Source: Schizochytrium sp. TIO01 (taxonomy: Eukaryota > Protista > Bigyra: Labyrinthulomycetes). From it: 64,000 nucleotides of DNA. The stretch covers positions 429,648-493,647 of the forward strand of contig SMSO01000014.1 in the NCBI GenBank assembly GCA_004764695.1. The letters are read 5' to 3'. Below are positions 10,459 through 18,731 of this stretch, in pieces; position 1 is the stretch's first letter; each line of letters starts with the position of its first letter. The notes beneath the pieces are model-generated. The model was not told the DNA's origin. It searched no databases and saw only the letters and a list, made by a program, of their open reading frames with translations. The translations under genes were made by a program, and so were the position numbers.

Positions 10459-13422
10459 ATGGGACGCGTGGGCAAAAACATCACTGCAGACGATCAAGAC
10501 GGAGAGGATAACGTGAGCGCCTCCGCTCTTAAGAAACCAGCCGTCCAATCAGATGACGACAGCATCTTTGATGAGGACGAAATGACTACAAGTAAACTTC
10601 AGAGCGAACGCCGTTCCAAAACACGCAACGACCCGCGCCGGGGCCGTCAGTTGTCGAATGAAGACAACGACGAAGACGAAGACGATGATTCCACTTCGCA
10701 TAACAACAACAGCATCAGCAACTCTAGACGCACAAACAGATCAGGCGACGCCGATGACGACGACGAAGAAGACAATGACGATAACAATACCACCATGCGA
10801 CGAAGATCCAACCGTGCTCGCAGAAATCGCGTAGACCTTTCCGAGGTGTTTACCGAAGAGGAAAAGGTTGTAGACAGCGACGCTGATGACGAAGATGCAA
10901 ACAATGACAACGCAGACTCCGGGTCCGACGAATCTGCATTCCGCAAGACTCGTAAGACTCGACGCGGTCGTCGTCGCCACGGAAGTTCTTCTGACGATGC
11001 CGCTGATGGAGCTGCTGAGCGCGAAGAAGAAGAGGACGACGAGGGTATGGATCTTGACGAAGACTATAATGAAGAAGAAGATGGGGAGCGCAACGGGAAC
11101 AAACGCCAAAGCAGCAGTCGAAGTGCAGAGCTCCGAACAAAATCGCGTGAGGATACTCTTGAAGAGTCTCGTCGCAAGGATGAAAAACGTTGGAAAGTGC
11201 GTGAAGACAAGGCTGCTGCAGCTGCAGCTGCCAGCACAGCACCGCGCCGAACAAGGCGATCCAAGTCTGCAGAAGATGCCGACGAGGACTTTTCTGCAGG
11301 TAATGGGTCCAGTGAAGAGTCTGAAGATTCTGGAGCTGAGCGTGCCGTCGCTGACGGCATCTCGGATGACCTGAAGTCCTCTGACTCAGCTTCGCACGGT
11401 AGCAGAAATGGCTCAGAGCAAAAGTCACGAGGCCGTCTTGGGCGTGTGAGAAGCTCTAGCGTTGCTAGCAATGATGATAGCCGCTCCGCAAATAGTCCTG
11501 CTGGAAATAGCACAACTTCTGGAAGTAGACCCGAGCCCCGTAAGCGCGGTCGCCCAGCAATGTCTGCTTCGGACTTCGCTCGCCAGGCCCTCAAACGTGC
11601 TCGTCCCGATCCGAAAGACCTGAAACGTCGTGTAGCTCTGGGTCAAAACCGCAAAAGCGCAACAAATGTTATTAGACCGATTCCTACCAGTAGCTCGAAT
11701 ATTCTGTTGCGTCCAAGCGCGTCTGTGGGCAGCTCACTTACTGCGTCGTCTTCAGCCTTGGATACCCGACGTCGCTCAAATAGTGGATCAGAAGGCCCGC
11801 CTTTGCAGCGTACCACGCCACAAAAGGTTACGGACATGGCGCCGAGTGAACTCGCTGCTATGAAAGCCAAGCTGAAAGATAAGGGCATCAACACACGTGG
11901 CGCCACAGGTGCTGTACGTGCGAGACCTGACTCTCTTTTCAAGTCAATCGGGTCTCGTAGCAGCACTAATGTTTCGCCGACACCTATATCTGATAATAAC
12001 GCAGACGAGCAACGTAGGAAACGCGAAGCTGTGTTGGCTGCAATGCGTAAACAGGCACCCGGTGTAGTAGATACCTCTTCAGGGTCTACTGGGTCAGGCT
12101 CAAAGAGTGGCTCGCCAGTCTTTGGGGCAAACGCTTCCGTACCTGGCGGCGCAGTTGGTCTTAAAGCGACAACACCAGTTGCAGACCCGATCAGCCGTGC
12201 AAAGTCTCCTTTGGGTAATGTTGCCAGTCCAGTTAACGCAATTGACTCAGTATCAAGCGCGAAAAAGCAGAAGCGACCGAAGCTTCGTAAACCGATGAAA
12301 AAGGCCGGTGGCGTCGATCTTTCTCCCCCCACTGATACCAGAACAAGCTGGAATGCTAGTGAGGTGATTAAAGGGTTTCTGTACGTTGGGGCTGGTTGGG
12401 ATCAGAATCAACGCTGTCTAGTAAACCGTAAAAACGATGACATGGAGTTAAAAGCAAGCCGTATGGCTTGGTGCCGTGATCATAATATGTGTTATGCTCT
12501 AAACATGGCAGGAAGTCCGCATCAACGTGAACTGCGTGGGATCGGCTACGTGCTTCCCGAGACCAAGTCGGTGCGTATTGACGTGAACGATCTTGACATT
12601 TGGGATGAACAGTCAATGCGCAAAGGCTTCGAACGCGGCGCTGATTTTATTGAAGAAGCCTGGAAGGCTCATGTGTTAGCAAAAGAGCGTTGTCAACAGG
12701 CTTCAAATTCTCAAATGCGAATTGTTCCTCCCACTATTTTTGTGCATTGCGTGGCCGGTGTGAATCGGTCTCCAATGAGTGTGGTGTGGTGGCTTTGCAA
12801 GTATCACGGTCTGCGCATTCGCGATGCATGGGAGCTTGTACGTAAGCGACGCGACCAAGGTGCACATTGGACTGACGTAACTTTGGGTGGCCCTCCGCCT
12901 CCAGAAGGCTATGTCCCCTCTGAAGAAGATCTCAAGCGTGCATCGACACGGAAGTTTCAGCATCGTTACGATGTCACTTCCAAGAAGATGGTACTCGATT
13001 TTGTTCCTTTGGAGCCCCCCCCTGAGGATGACAACAAGCCATGCGGGTCAGACCTTGATGGCTCCAAGGAAGCTGTAAATAAGACAGCCGCCGAAACAGC
13101 ATCATCTTCGTCCTCTTCTTCATCGATCAAGGATGAAGCCACTGTGAAGACTGAAAACTCCAAGACTCCCGCGACAAGTGCAGAAGCGGCTGAGCAACAG
13201 CAAGCTGCGCTACAATCCGATGGCCCAAATCCTGGCAGCAAAACGGTGGTTAAATCAGGAGAGAAGCAACAGCAAGCTGACGCTGTGCGTTACCCCAAAG
13301 CCTTGTGGTATATCAACGCTGAGAAGATTCTTTCCCCAAACTTCAAGCGTGGTTTAGAAAACGAGCGCATTCTTGCTCCCTACCCCTCATCAACGGTTCC
13401 TCCTCCTGCTGCAAGCTCTTAA
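10459..13422 (+). CDS. Dual-specificity protein phosphatase-domain protein with ~630-aa disordered N-terminus
   Basis: DSP start (ASEVIKGFLYVGA), acid-loop D (DVND), catalytic P-loop IFVHCVAGVNRS, and AWELVRKRR; acidic/Ser/Arg-rich N-terminal region. Confidence 0.88.
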   Translation: MGRVGKNITADDQDGEDNVSASALKKPAVQSDDDSIFDEDEMTTSKLQSERRSKTRNDPRRGRQLSNEDNDEDEDDDSTSHNNNSISNSRRTNRSGDADDDDEEDNDDNNTTMRRRSNRARRNRVDLSEVFTEEEKVVDSDADDEDANNDNADSGSDESAFRKTRKTRRGRRRHGSSSDDAADGAAEREEEEDDEGMDLDEDYNEEEDGERNGNKRQSSSRSAELRTKSREDTLEESRRKDEKRWKVREDKAAAAAAASTAPRRTRRSKSAEDADEDFSAGNGSSEESEDSGAERAVADGISDDLKSSDSASHGSRNGSEQKSRGRLGRVRSSSVASNDDSRSANSPAGNSTTSGSRPEPRKRGRPAMSASDFARQALKRARPDPKDLKRRVALGQNRKSATNVIRPIPTSSSNILLRPSASVGSSLTASSSALDTRRRSNSGSEGPPLQRTTPQKVTDMAPSELAAMKAKLKDKGINTRGATGAVRARPDSLFKSIGSRSSTNVSPTPISDNNADEQRRKREAVLAAMRKQAPGVVDTSSGSTGSGSKSGSPVFGANASVPGGAVGLKATTPVADPISRAKSPLGNVASPVNAIDSVSSAKKQKRPKLRKPMKKAGGVDLSPPTDTRTSWNASEVIKGFLYVGAGWDQNQRCLVNRKNDDMELKASRMAWCRDHNMCYALNMAGSPHQRELRGIGYVLPETKSVRIDVNDLDIWDEQSMRKGFERGADFIEEAWKAHVLAKERCQQASNSQMRIVPPTIFVHCVAGVNRSPMSVVWWLCKYHGLRIRDAWELVRKRRDQGAHWTDVTLGGPPPPEGYVPSEEDLKRASTRKFQHRYDVTSKKMVLDFVPLEPPPEDDNKPCGSDLDGSKEAVNKTAAETASSSSSSSSIKDEATVKTENSKTPATSAEAAEQQQAALQSDGPNPGSKTVVKSGEKQQQADAVRYPKALWYINAEKILSPNFKRGLENERILAPYPSSTVPPPAASS

Positions 13423-13910
13423 ATGACATTCTCGGTTCTGCGTAGAACCATAGTATCATCTGTGCTGGACGTGCCATGGGCTTTCCTTGTGTTATTATAT
13501 TAACGCCTATACCACCATCTGTAGACATGTCACCAAACGCTTCTGCGAGTCCAGGCATCAGACACTGATCTTCTTACCACAATCATGTAGTAGGTTCTTC
13601 AAAGTTTCAACAACAATTAAGGAAAATTCCAACGCTTATCACACATATCCTCATATCTTTTATTTTACAACACGCTTTTTCTATTGAATATGTACTTTCC
13701 GCAGAACGCATCTCAAAATTCATTATATGCTCTAAGCTAGGAATTTATGTTTCATCTGTCTGGATGTCCAAGAAGGGTTTTGAAAAATGGAATAAATAAC
13801 AACAATTGTGGGCAGTTACTGGAGTCTGACGTGAATAGTAAATGTCTTGTTGATCGTACACAGCATTAGAAATATGATAGAGTTTTAATAATCGTGAAAA
13901 CAAGTATATG

Positions 13911-14729
13911 TTAAATAGTTTCAGCTTGCAACCAATCCATTGCACTCCACAGTCGCTTCCGCAATAACCGAGCTGAATCATAGTCTTTGGTACCCTGTGG
14001 AAGAGCACAGACGAAGTGCACAGCGACATGGTTTTCAAAAGCTCCTCCAAAGTGAGCCAGAAGTTCCTTTTCAACCTCACTAGGTGTCCATAAATCTGTA
14101 CCTTCATTGTCAATACCCTGGCCATCGTTAATTTTGTTATTTCCAAGGACGAGAAGTGGCAGGTGTAAAGCATCTGGGTTGGCTTTGTAAAACTGATAAA
14201 GCACATCAAACGCAGGTTCCAATGATTGCACCTGCACATTTATTACAAATACAACCGCGTGGACATTTTGCAAATATGCCCCCCAGTAACGTTGAATCTT
14301 TGGGGCGCCACCGAGATCCCAGACTCGGAAACATGTAGTTCGATGCCGTACGTCTGATATTGAGAAGCCTCTGGTGGAATCTATTGAAGGAAGGCTCTCT
14401 GCGAAAGGATTTTCGAGACCACCTTCAGTGCTCAAGGATTTAAGTCTGCCTAACAAAAGACTTTTACCAACATCGGAGGCACCAATCCAAAGCAGGCCTC
14501 GTGCTTGAGTTGGGGCCTCAGAAGTGAACCCACTCAGGTCTTCATTAGCACACTGACTGGCAGAACTTAATTGACTTCGTCCATCTGCTTTTCCTGCACC
14601 AACAAGTGTAGCTTCTAGCCAATGAAAGATACTATAGCACATCATATAGCAAGCAATCTTGAACGCAAGAACTCGATCATACTCTCCATCTTTGTATTTC
14701 CTGGAAGTCTTGCTTTGTTGTCCACCCAT
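13911..14729 (-). CDS. Arf/Arl-family small GTPase (divergent, N-terminally extended)
   Basis: ATG 14729 MGGQQS (myristoylation-like); G1 GASDVGKS, G2 STRGF, G3 WDLGG, YWGAY, G4-like NNKIND, G5 CAL. Confidence 0.85.
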   Translation of the reverse strand: MGGQQSKTSRKYKDGEYDRVLAFKIACYMMCYSIFHWLEATLVGAGKADGRSQLSSASQCANEDLSGFTSEAPTQARGLLWIGASDVGKSLLLGRLKSLSTEGGLENPFAESLPSIDSTRGFSISDVRHRTTCFRVWDLGGAPKIQRYWGAYLQNVHAVVFVINVQVQSLEPAFDVLYQFYKANPDALHLPLLVLGNNKINDGQGIDNEGTDLWTPSEVEKELLAHFGGAFENHVAVHFVCALPQGTKDYDSARLLRKRLWSAMDWLQAETI

Positions 14730-15574
14730 CTTAGCTTGCACACGGCTATCTTCTAGCCTCGCACACAGGATAATCTCCCCAGGATCCGAAGATCATGTAC
14801 GTTTGTGAGTTTTGCTGGCGTCACATCAAAATGGGTTGAACCTGACATTAACTATATTTAATCACTTATTCAATAAACCTTTTTCTCCCCTTTTTTCCTT
14901 TAAAATTCTTTCTTTATATACAAACCTATACTTTCAACGGTTAGGTGTGCAACCTGTATTTCTCCCCTAGGCCTACATAGACTTTTAATTAATTACATTC
15001 CTATACAAAATGGTTACTCATTGAGCTATCCATGGATTCGTCGAAAATCTCTCACCATTTTGTTTCGATAAAGGACTATATCCTCAACTCAATCAAAGTG
15101 GGTTTTGTATTAGATCCCTAACTTAAATATCCATGTCATTTTTTCGTTGCTGCAGCTTTTCTGTTTATTTATTATTATGAATTGAAATTTAGATTCAATT
15201 AAAAAGAAGCTTTCGAATTTTATTATATTACCTACAACCCTTAAGGTTCATCTAAGTCATATACGTAGTGCACAGGATGAATGTTTGAGCAATTAAGCAA
15301 GCGTGGTCTTGTTGCAGCTAATGAAAGAGCTTGCGCATCCACCCCTCACTAATTATATTATTACTGAATCTCATGTATTGAACCATTCGTTACGCGCCCA
15401 AGAAAAAAATGTTGGGGAAACTATAACGATAGATAAACGATAGCTCTTGTTTTTTTCATTATCCCATTTTTTATTTTACAAAACCCGTGAACATTGCAAC
15501 TTAGAGATGCTTTATCCCCCTGCTGATATGCTTGGCTTAGTCGATGAGGAAATGAGACTACAAACAATGTTTAG

Positions 15575-15850
15575 CTACCGTATCACACCAAGCCGAAGAA
15601 GAAGAAGAAGAAGAAGCACCACACTCCCACCGCAAAGAAGGAGATGGCCCACATTGCCGACAAGCTTAATCTCATGACAATTACCGACATGAAGCGCGCC
15701 AATAAAACAGAGCTGTACAAGGTGATGGACGAGCGCGCGCGCAACAAGGACAAGCACCTCGATATGATTGCTCATCTGAAGAAACTACAGAAAGAGGCAA
15801 AGCGTTTGGACGCCCTCAAGAAGCAGATGAAGGCACAACTTAAGATGTAA
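15575..15850 (+). CDS. Small very basic protein or fragment (virus-like orphan)
   Basis: ORF 15644-15850. The frame is open upstream to 15575 (LPYHTKPKKKKKKHHTPTAKKE) without ATG; Lys-rich helical C-terminus. Confidence 0.45.
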   Translation, partial: LPYHTKPKKKKKKKHHTPTAKKEMAHIADKLNLMTITDMKRANKTELYKVMDERARNKDKHLDMIAHLKKLQKEAKRLDALKKQMKAQLKM

Positions 15851-15925
15851 GAATATTCATTAATTTGATTGACGCACTAACTACAAAGAACTATTTCACA
15901 CTCACTCATACCTATCAATTCTCAA

Positions 15926-16625
15926 TTAATTCATCATTCCAAAACCCTTTGTCATAATCCAAGAGCGCTCTTTCGAAGAATATTGCCTGTGCACCCTAAA
16001 GATCAATGTGCGATCGATCATTCATCCCCCGCAGAATCCACAGGCAGGGGTTCGCCGTCTGCGGCAGTCAGACGAACGCAGAGCGCACGAATGGTTTTCG
16101 GATTCCGCTGGCCACTTTGCGTCGAAGGGTGAGGAGAAAGAGAGGAAACCACGCACGCAGAGCTTGTTGGAACAGCCACGATGTGGCCAAAAAGCTGGTT
16201 GGTGGCCGCGTCCGCTCCGGCAATGATTACCTCCGACTTGAGCTCGCCCAGGTCTAGGCCTACTACACCGCCCACGGCGTCGCAAGGAATGTGCGCGTGG
16301 ACCAGAGAGAGAGAGCCCTGTGATGTTCGTTATGAGCGAGGGCAAGGAAACCATGCATTCAGTCAAAGGCACGGGGCCAACGAGACTTGTCACGATTGGC
16401 GCTGCACACTACGATTGTTTGGTAGTAATCGTTTATCTGGGAATTGGTTCCAGATGTCCCAGATTGCAAAAGGTCAAATTTTTGCTGGTGATACCTTGCA
16501 TCATAAAGCTTCCGCGAGGCATTCAGATTGACTCCTAACTCAGGACTAATCGTGTCATGAGCTCTGCTCTCTCTATCTAATTGATCAAGTCTGTTCTGGA
16601 TATTGTTTCGCAATGAGTTAGACAT
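15926..16625 (-). pseudogene. Single-jelly-roll penton/minor-capsid-like protein, frameshifted
   Basis: Joining three track ORFs gives ATG16625...TIVVCSANRDKSRWP / (shift ~16365-16376) LTECMVSLPSLITNITGLS / (shift in (CT)6 at 16304-16315) LVHAHIP...VVGLDLGEL...LFGHI...NPKTIRALCVRLTAADGEPL...GDE* then TLIFRVH in another frame. This follows the motif order I recall for giant-virus penton-type proteins (IDSRDRD-YP-LP-KNV-L-SAEIP ... YLxIDEL ... FAKI ... L-KL-I-F-DG). Confidence 0.68.
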
Positions 16626-16803
16626 CAACTACTTTTTATTTGATACTATTATATCAAGTAGCCTTAGATTTTTATTGGATGCTTAAAAACTCTTACCACC
16701 CGAATCGCGAAAATTCGAGGCAGCGCAGGAACAAGCAAAACAGCAATCCCAGAGCGGTGCTTCACCGGACCGACAGACACAAACACAGGGAAACAGAAGG
16801 CCT

Positions 16804-17271
16804 ATGAAGCGAAGTCGCACCGTGCTCGCTCTTTTAGAATTGTTTGGCCTTGGTAGCATTGGAGCGGACCGCTTTTATATGGGTTCTTACAAACTTGGTG
16901 CACTCAAAATAGCACTGCTTATTCTAGGAATTCTTGCGGGCGTCTTTCTCCTTGGACCCCTTGCATTAGGATTTTTCGTTGCTTATTTTATCTTCGTCAC
17001 CTGGGACTCATTTATCAAGGGCCTGACACCAATCGAGTTTTGGTTACATGCCAAGCCATCTCGCATCAATTTGATAGACACATCATGTAAAACAAGTGTG
17101 ACGGGTGATCAACAGCGACGTCTCGTGAAGACTTTTGAGAGAATTGTTGTGAACGACGCTGGCTCAGGTTCACGTATTGTACAAAATATGACCAACGGTC
17201 AGGTTGTTAGTTTCCAGTATGGTGAAGATGGTCTCGATGGGACGTATATGAGAACATTTGATGAATTATAG
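16804..17271 (+). CDS. Chimeric ORF: TM2 domain fused to an RNA polymerase largest-subunit (Rpb1/beta') bridge-helix fragment
   Basis: Residues ~1-68 are TM2-like (ALLELFGLGSIGADRFYMG). From ~17008: SFIKGLTPIEFWLHAKPSRINLIDTSCKTSVTGDQQRRLVKTFE...VVSFQYGEDGLD, versus Rpb1 consensus [40 protein letters not shown]...QFxYGEDG. Confidence 0.85.
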   Translation: MKRSRTVLALLELFGLGSIGADRFYMGSYKLGALKIALLILGILAGVFLLGPLALGFFVAYFIFVTWDSFIKGLTPIEFWLHAKPSRINLIDTSCKTSVTGDQQRRLVKTFERIVVNDAGSGSRIVQNMTNGQVVSFQYGEDGLDGTYMRTFDEL

Positions 17272-17497
17272 AAACCTAGATGACATCAAAACGGCTCTAT
17301 TGATTTACCTGGGAGGGTATATCTTCCACAATTTGGGCTTGCGAGAAAAACTATCATGGGCTCTTATATCGTATATTTGGAAACGCCAGTATCATGCATT
17401 GAAATAAACCAAGACGCTTGGCATATCTTTTGAAATTGTAAACCCTGATAGTGAGTGTAGTGATGACGACCTATTAGAAAGATATATTGTCTTCTAA
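17261..17497 (+). pseudogene. Small orphan hydrophobic protein with one internal TAA
   Basis: Manual translation: MNYRNLDDIKTALLIYLGGYIFHNLGLREKLSWALISYIWKRQYHALK*(17405)TKTLGISFEIVNPDSECSDDDLLERYIVF*. It fills the gap between neighbouring virus-like ORFs. Confidence 0.4.
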
Positions 17498-17535
17498 CTT
17501 TTACTTTAAAAAGAAAATAAGTCAACACACCATTC

Positions 17536-18003
17536 ATGAGTTTGGAAGACATTATTGATCGATTGGATACAAAACTGCTCGTCCGTTATGTAACTTATGA
17601 TGACCCCCTTGCCTACCATAATGTGTATAGTCTTGTAAGGAAAAAACTTCGAAGAAATAACCAGTTTCATAGAGACCCGAATTATTATTATATTTTCTTG
17701 CATTTTGTAACTGACTTTTTAAGAGCATGTCCCCAGTATGAAGGTTTATTTCAGAATATTTTGATTGATTTCATACGACTTACTTCTCGTCAGAAAGATC
17801 ATTCTCATTATAATCACACTCGGGATATGGCATATTACGTACGGTTTCCAGAGCTGTTTTTCCCGTCTATCAAATATAGCAAGTGTGCGGAAAGAATATT
17901 GATCTTACAAAATATGGTTATGCAGAATAATGCCACTGATAAGCTTCATCATGAAGTCTGGTCTACATTTCTAGTAACTAAACCTCTATACGAATATTGT
18001 TAG
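17536..18003 (+). CDS. Hypothetical protein (virus-like orphan, 155 aa)
   Basis: Intact AT-rich intronless ORF preceded by an A-rich spacer; 30 bp from the next ORF. Confidence 0.6.
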   Translation: MSLEDIIDRLDTKLLVRYVTYDDPLAYHNVYSLVRKKLRRNNQFHRDPNYYYIFLHFVTDFLRACPQYEGLFQNILIDFIRLTSRQKDHSHYNHTRDMAYYVRFPELFFPSIKYSKCAERILILQNMVMQNNATDKLHHEVWSTFLVTKPLYEYC

Positions 18004-18033
18004 ATGGACAGTATTGCATAATGATACAAAAGT

Positions 18034-18723
18034 ATGGGTTTCGATAGTCGAATGGATTTGGAGTTTGGCAACCTCAAGTTTAGTCGAGGTGTTGAAAAGT
18101 TACGCAAGGTTCTAAATGCGCACTATCGGAACATTAAAAGGTTTTCTATATTTTTTGTATGTGTCCTACTGAGCGTATCGATCAAGTTGGCTTCAATGAA
18201 TGTGAACTATGTTGCAAGTACAGTTGATTCTATGGGAGAGGCTATTACTCTTTCTGAACCAACTTACACCCCATTCCATTTGACAACTGAACTAGTCGCC
18301 ACACCCGTCGAGGGTACACAGCAATTTCCCATCAAACCAAGTGCGATGAATCAGAAGATACAAACACTCAATCTAGTTGCTGCGATCTCAAGTGTAGAGA
18401 CCTTTTTGGAAAACACAGGCTCTAGGTGCATTCATCTTAAATACTTTGGTGTACCTTATGATCTTATTGTGTTCAAGCATAACCATGCACTTGATGAAGC
18501 AAGTACGTCACCGTATGACATCATTGTTAATCCCGAAGTTCGCGAAGTTTCTGCAACTTTGCATAGGCGTCAAGTAGAAAATATTTATGGAGAAATGGAA
18601 TATATCAAGCTACCGAGTTACCTAATCATGGATTATAAGGACGCTGACTTGGAGAGTCAATATGGTAAAAAGTTCACTGACGAACTAGGTTATTGCATTT
18701 GGTATTATCTTCGTAAAACTTGA
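18034..18723 (+). CDS. Membrane-anchored inactive peptide-deformylase-fold protein
   Basis: TM (FSIFFVCVLLSVSI), then PDF-like order: CIHLKYFGVPYDLIVF (~GLAAPQIGV.RIIVI), IIVNPEV (~LINPEI), LPSYLIMDYKDAD (~RP..I.V.Y.D.DG), ELGYCIWYYL (~LARCIQHEIDHL). EGCLS and HExxH are absent. Confidence 0.62.
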   Translation: MGFDSRMDLEFGNLKFSRGVEKLRKVLNAHYRNIKRFSIFFVCVLLSVSIKLASMNVNYVASTVDSMGEAITLSEPTYTPFHLTTELVATPVEGTQQFPIKPSAMNQKIQTLNLVAAISSVETFLENTGSRCIHLKYFGVPYDLIVFKHNHALDEASTSPYDIIVNPEVREVSATLHRRQVENIYGEMEYIKLPSYLIMDYKDADLESQYGKKFTDELGYCIWYYLRKT

Positions 18724-18731
18724 AAGAAAAC

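Noticed and set aside
10647-13241. Many 60-230 aa antisense and alternate-frame ORFs over the phosphatase gene (and similar ones over other long CDS)
   Set aside because: Shadow ORFs caused by low-complexity coding sequence on the other strand; no independent motifs.
17008-17271. Functional host RNA polymerase subunit gene or exon
   Set aside because: Only ~85 aa, no flanking exons or catalytic NADFDGD region in the window, and too divergent at invariant positions.
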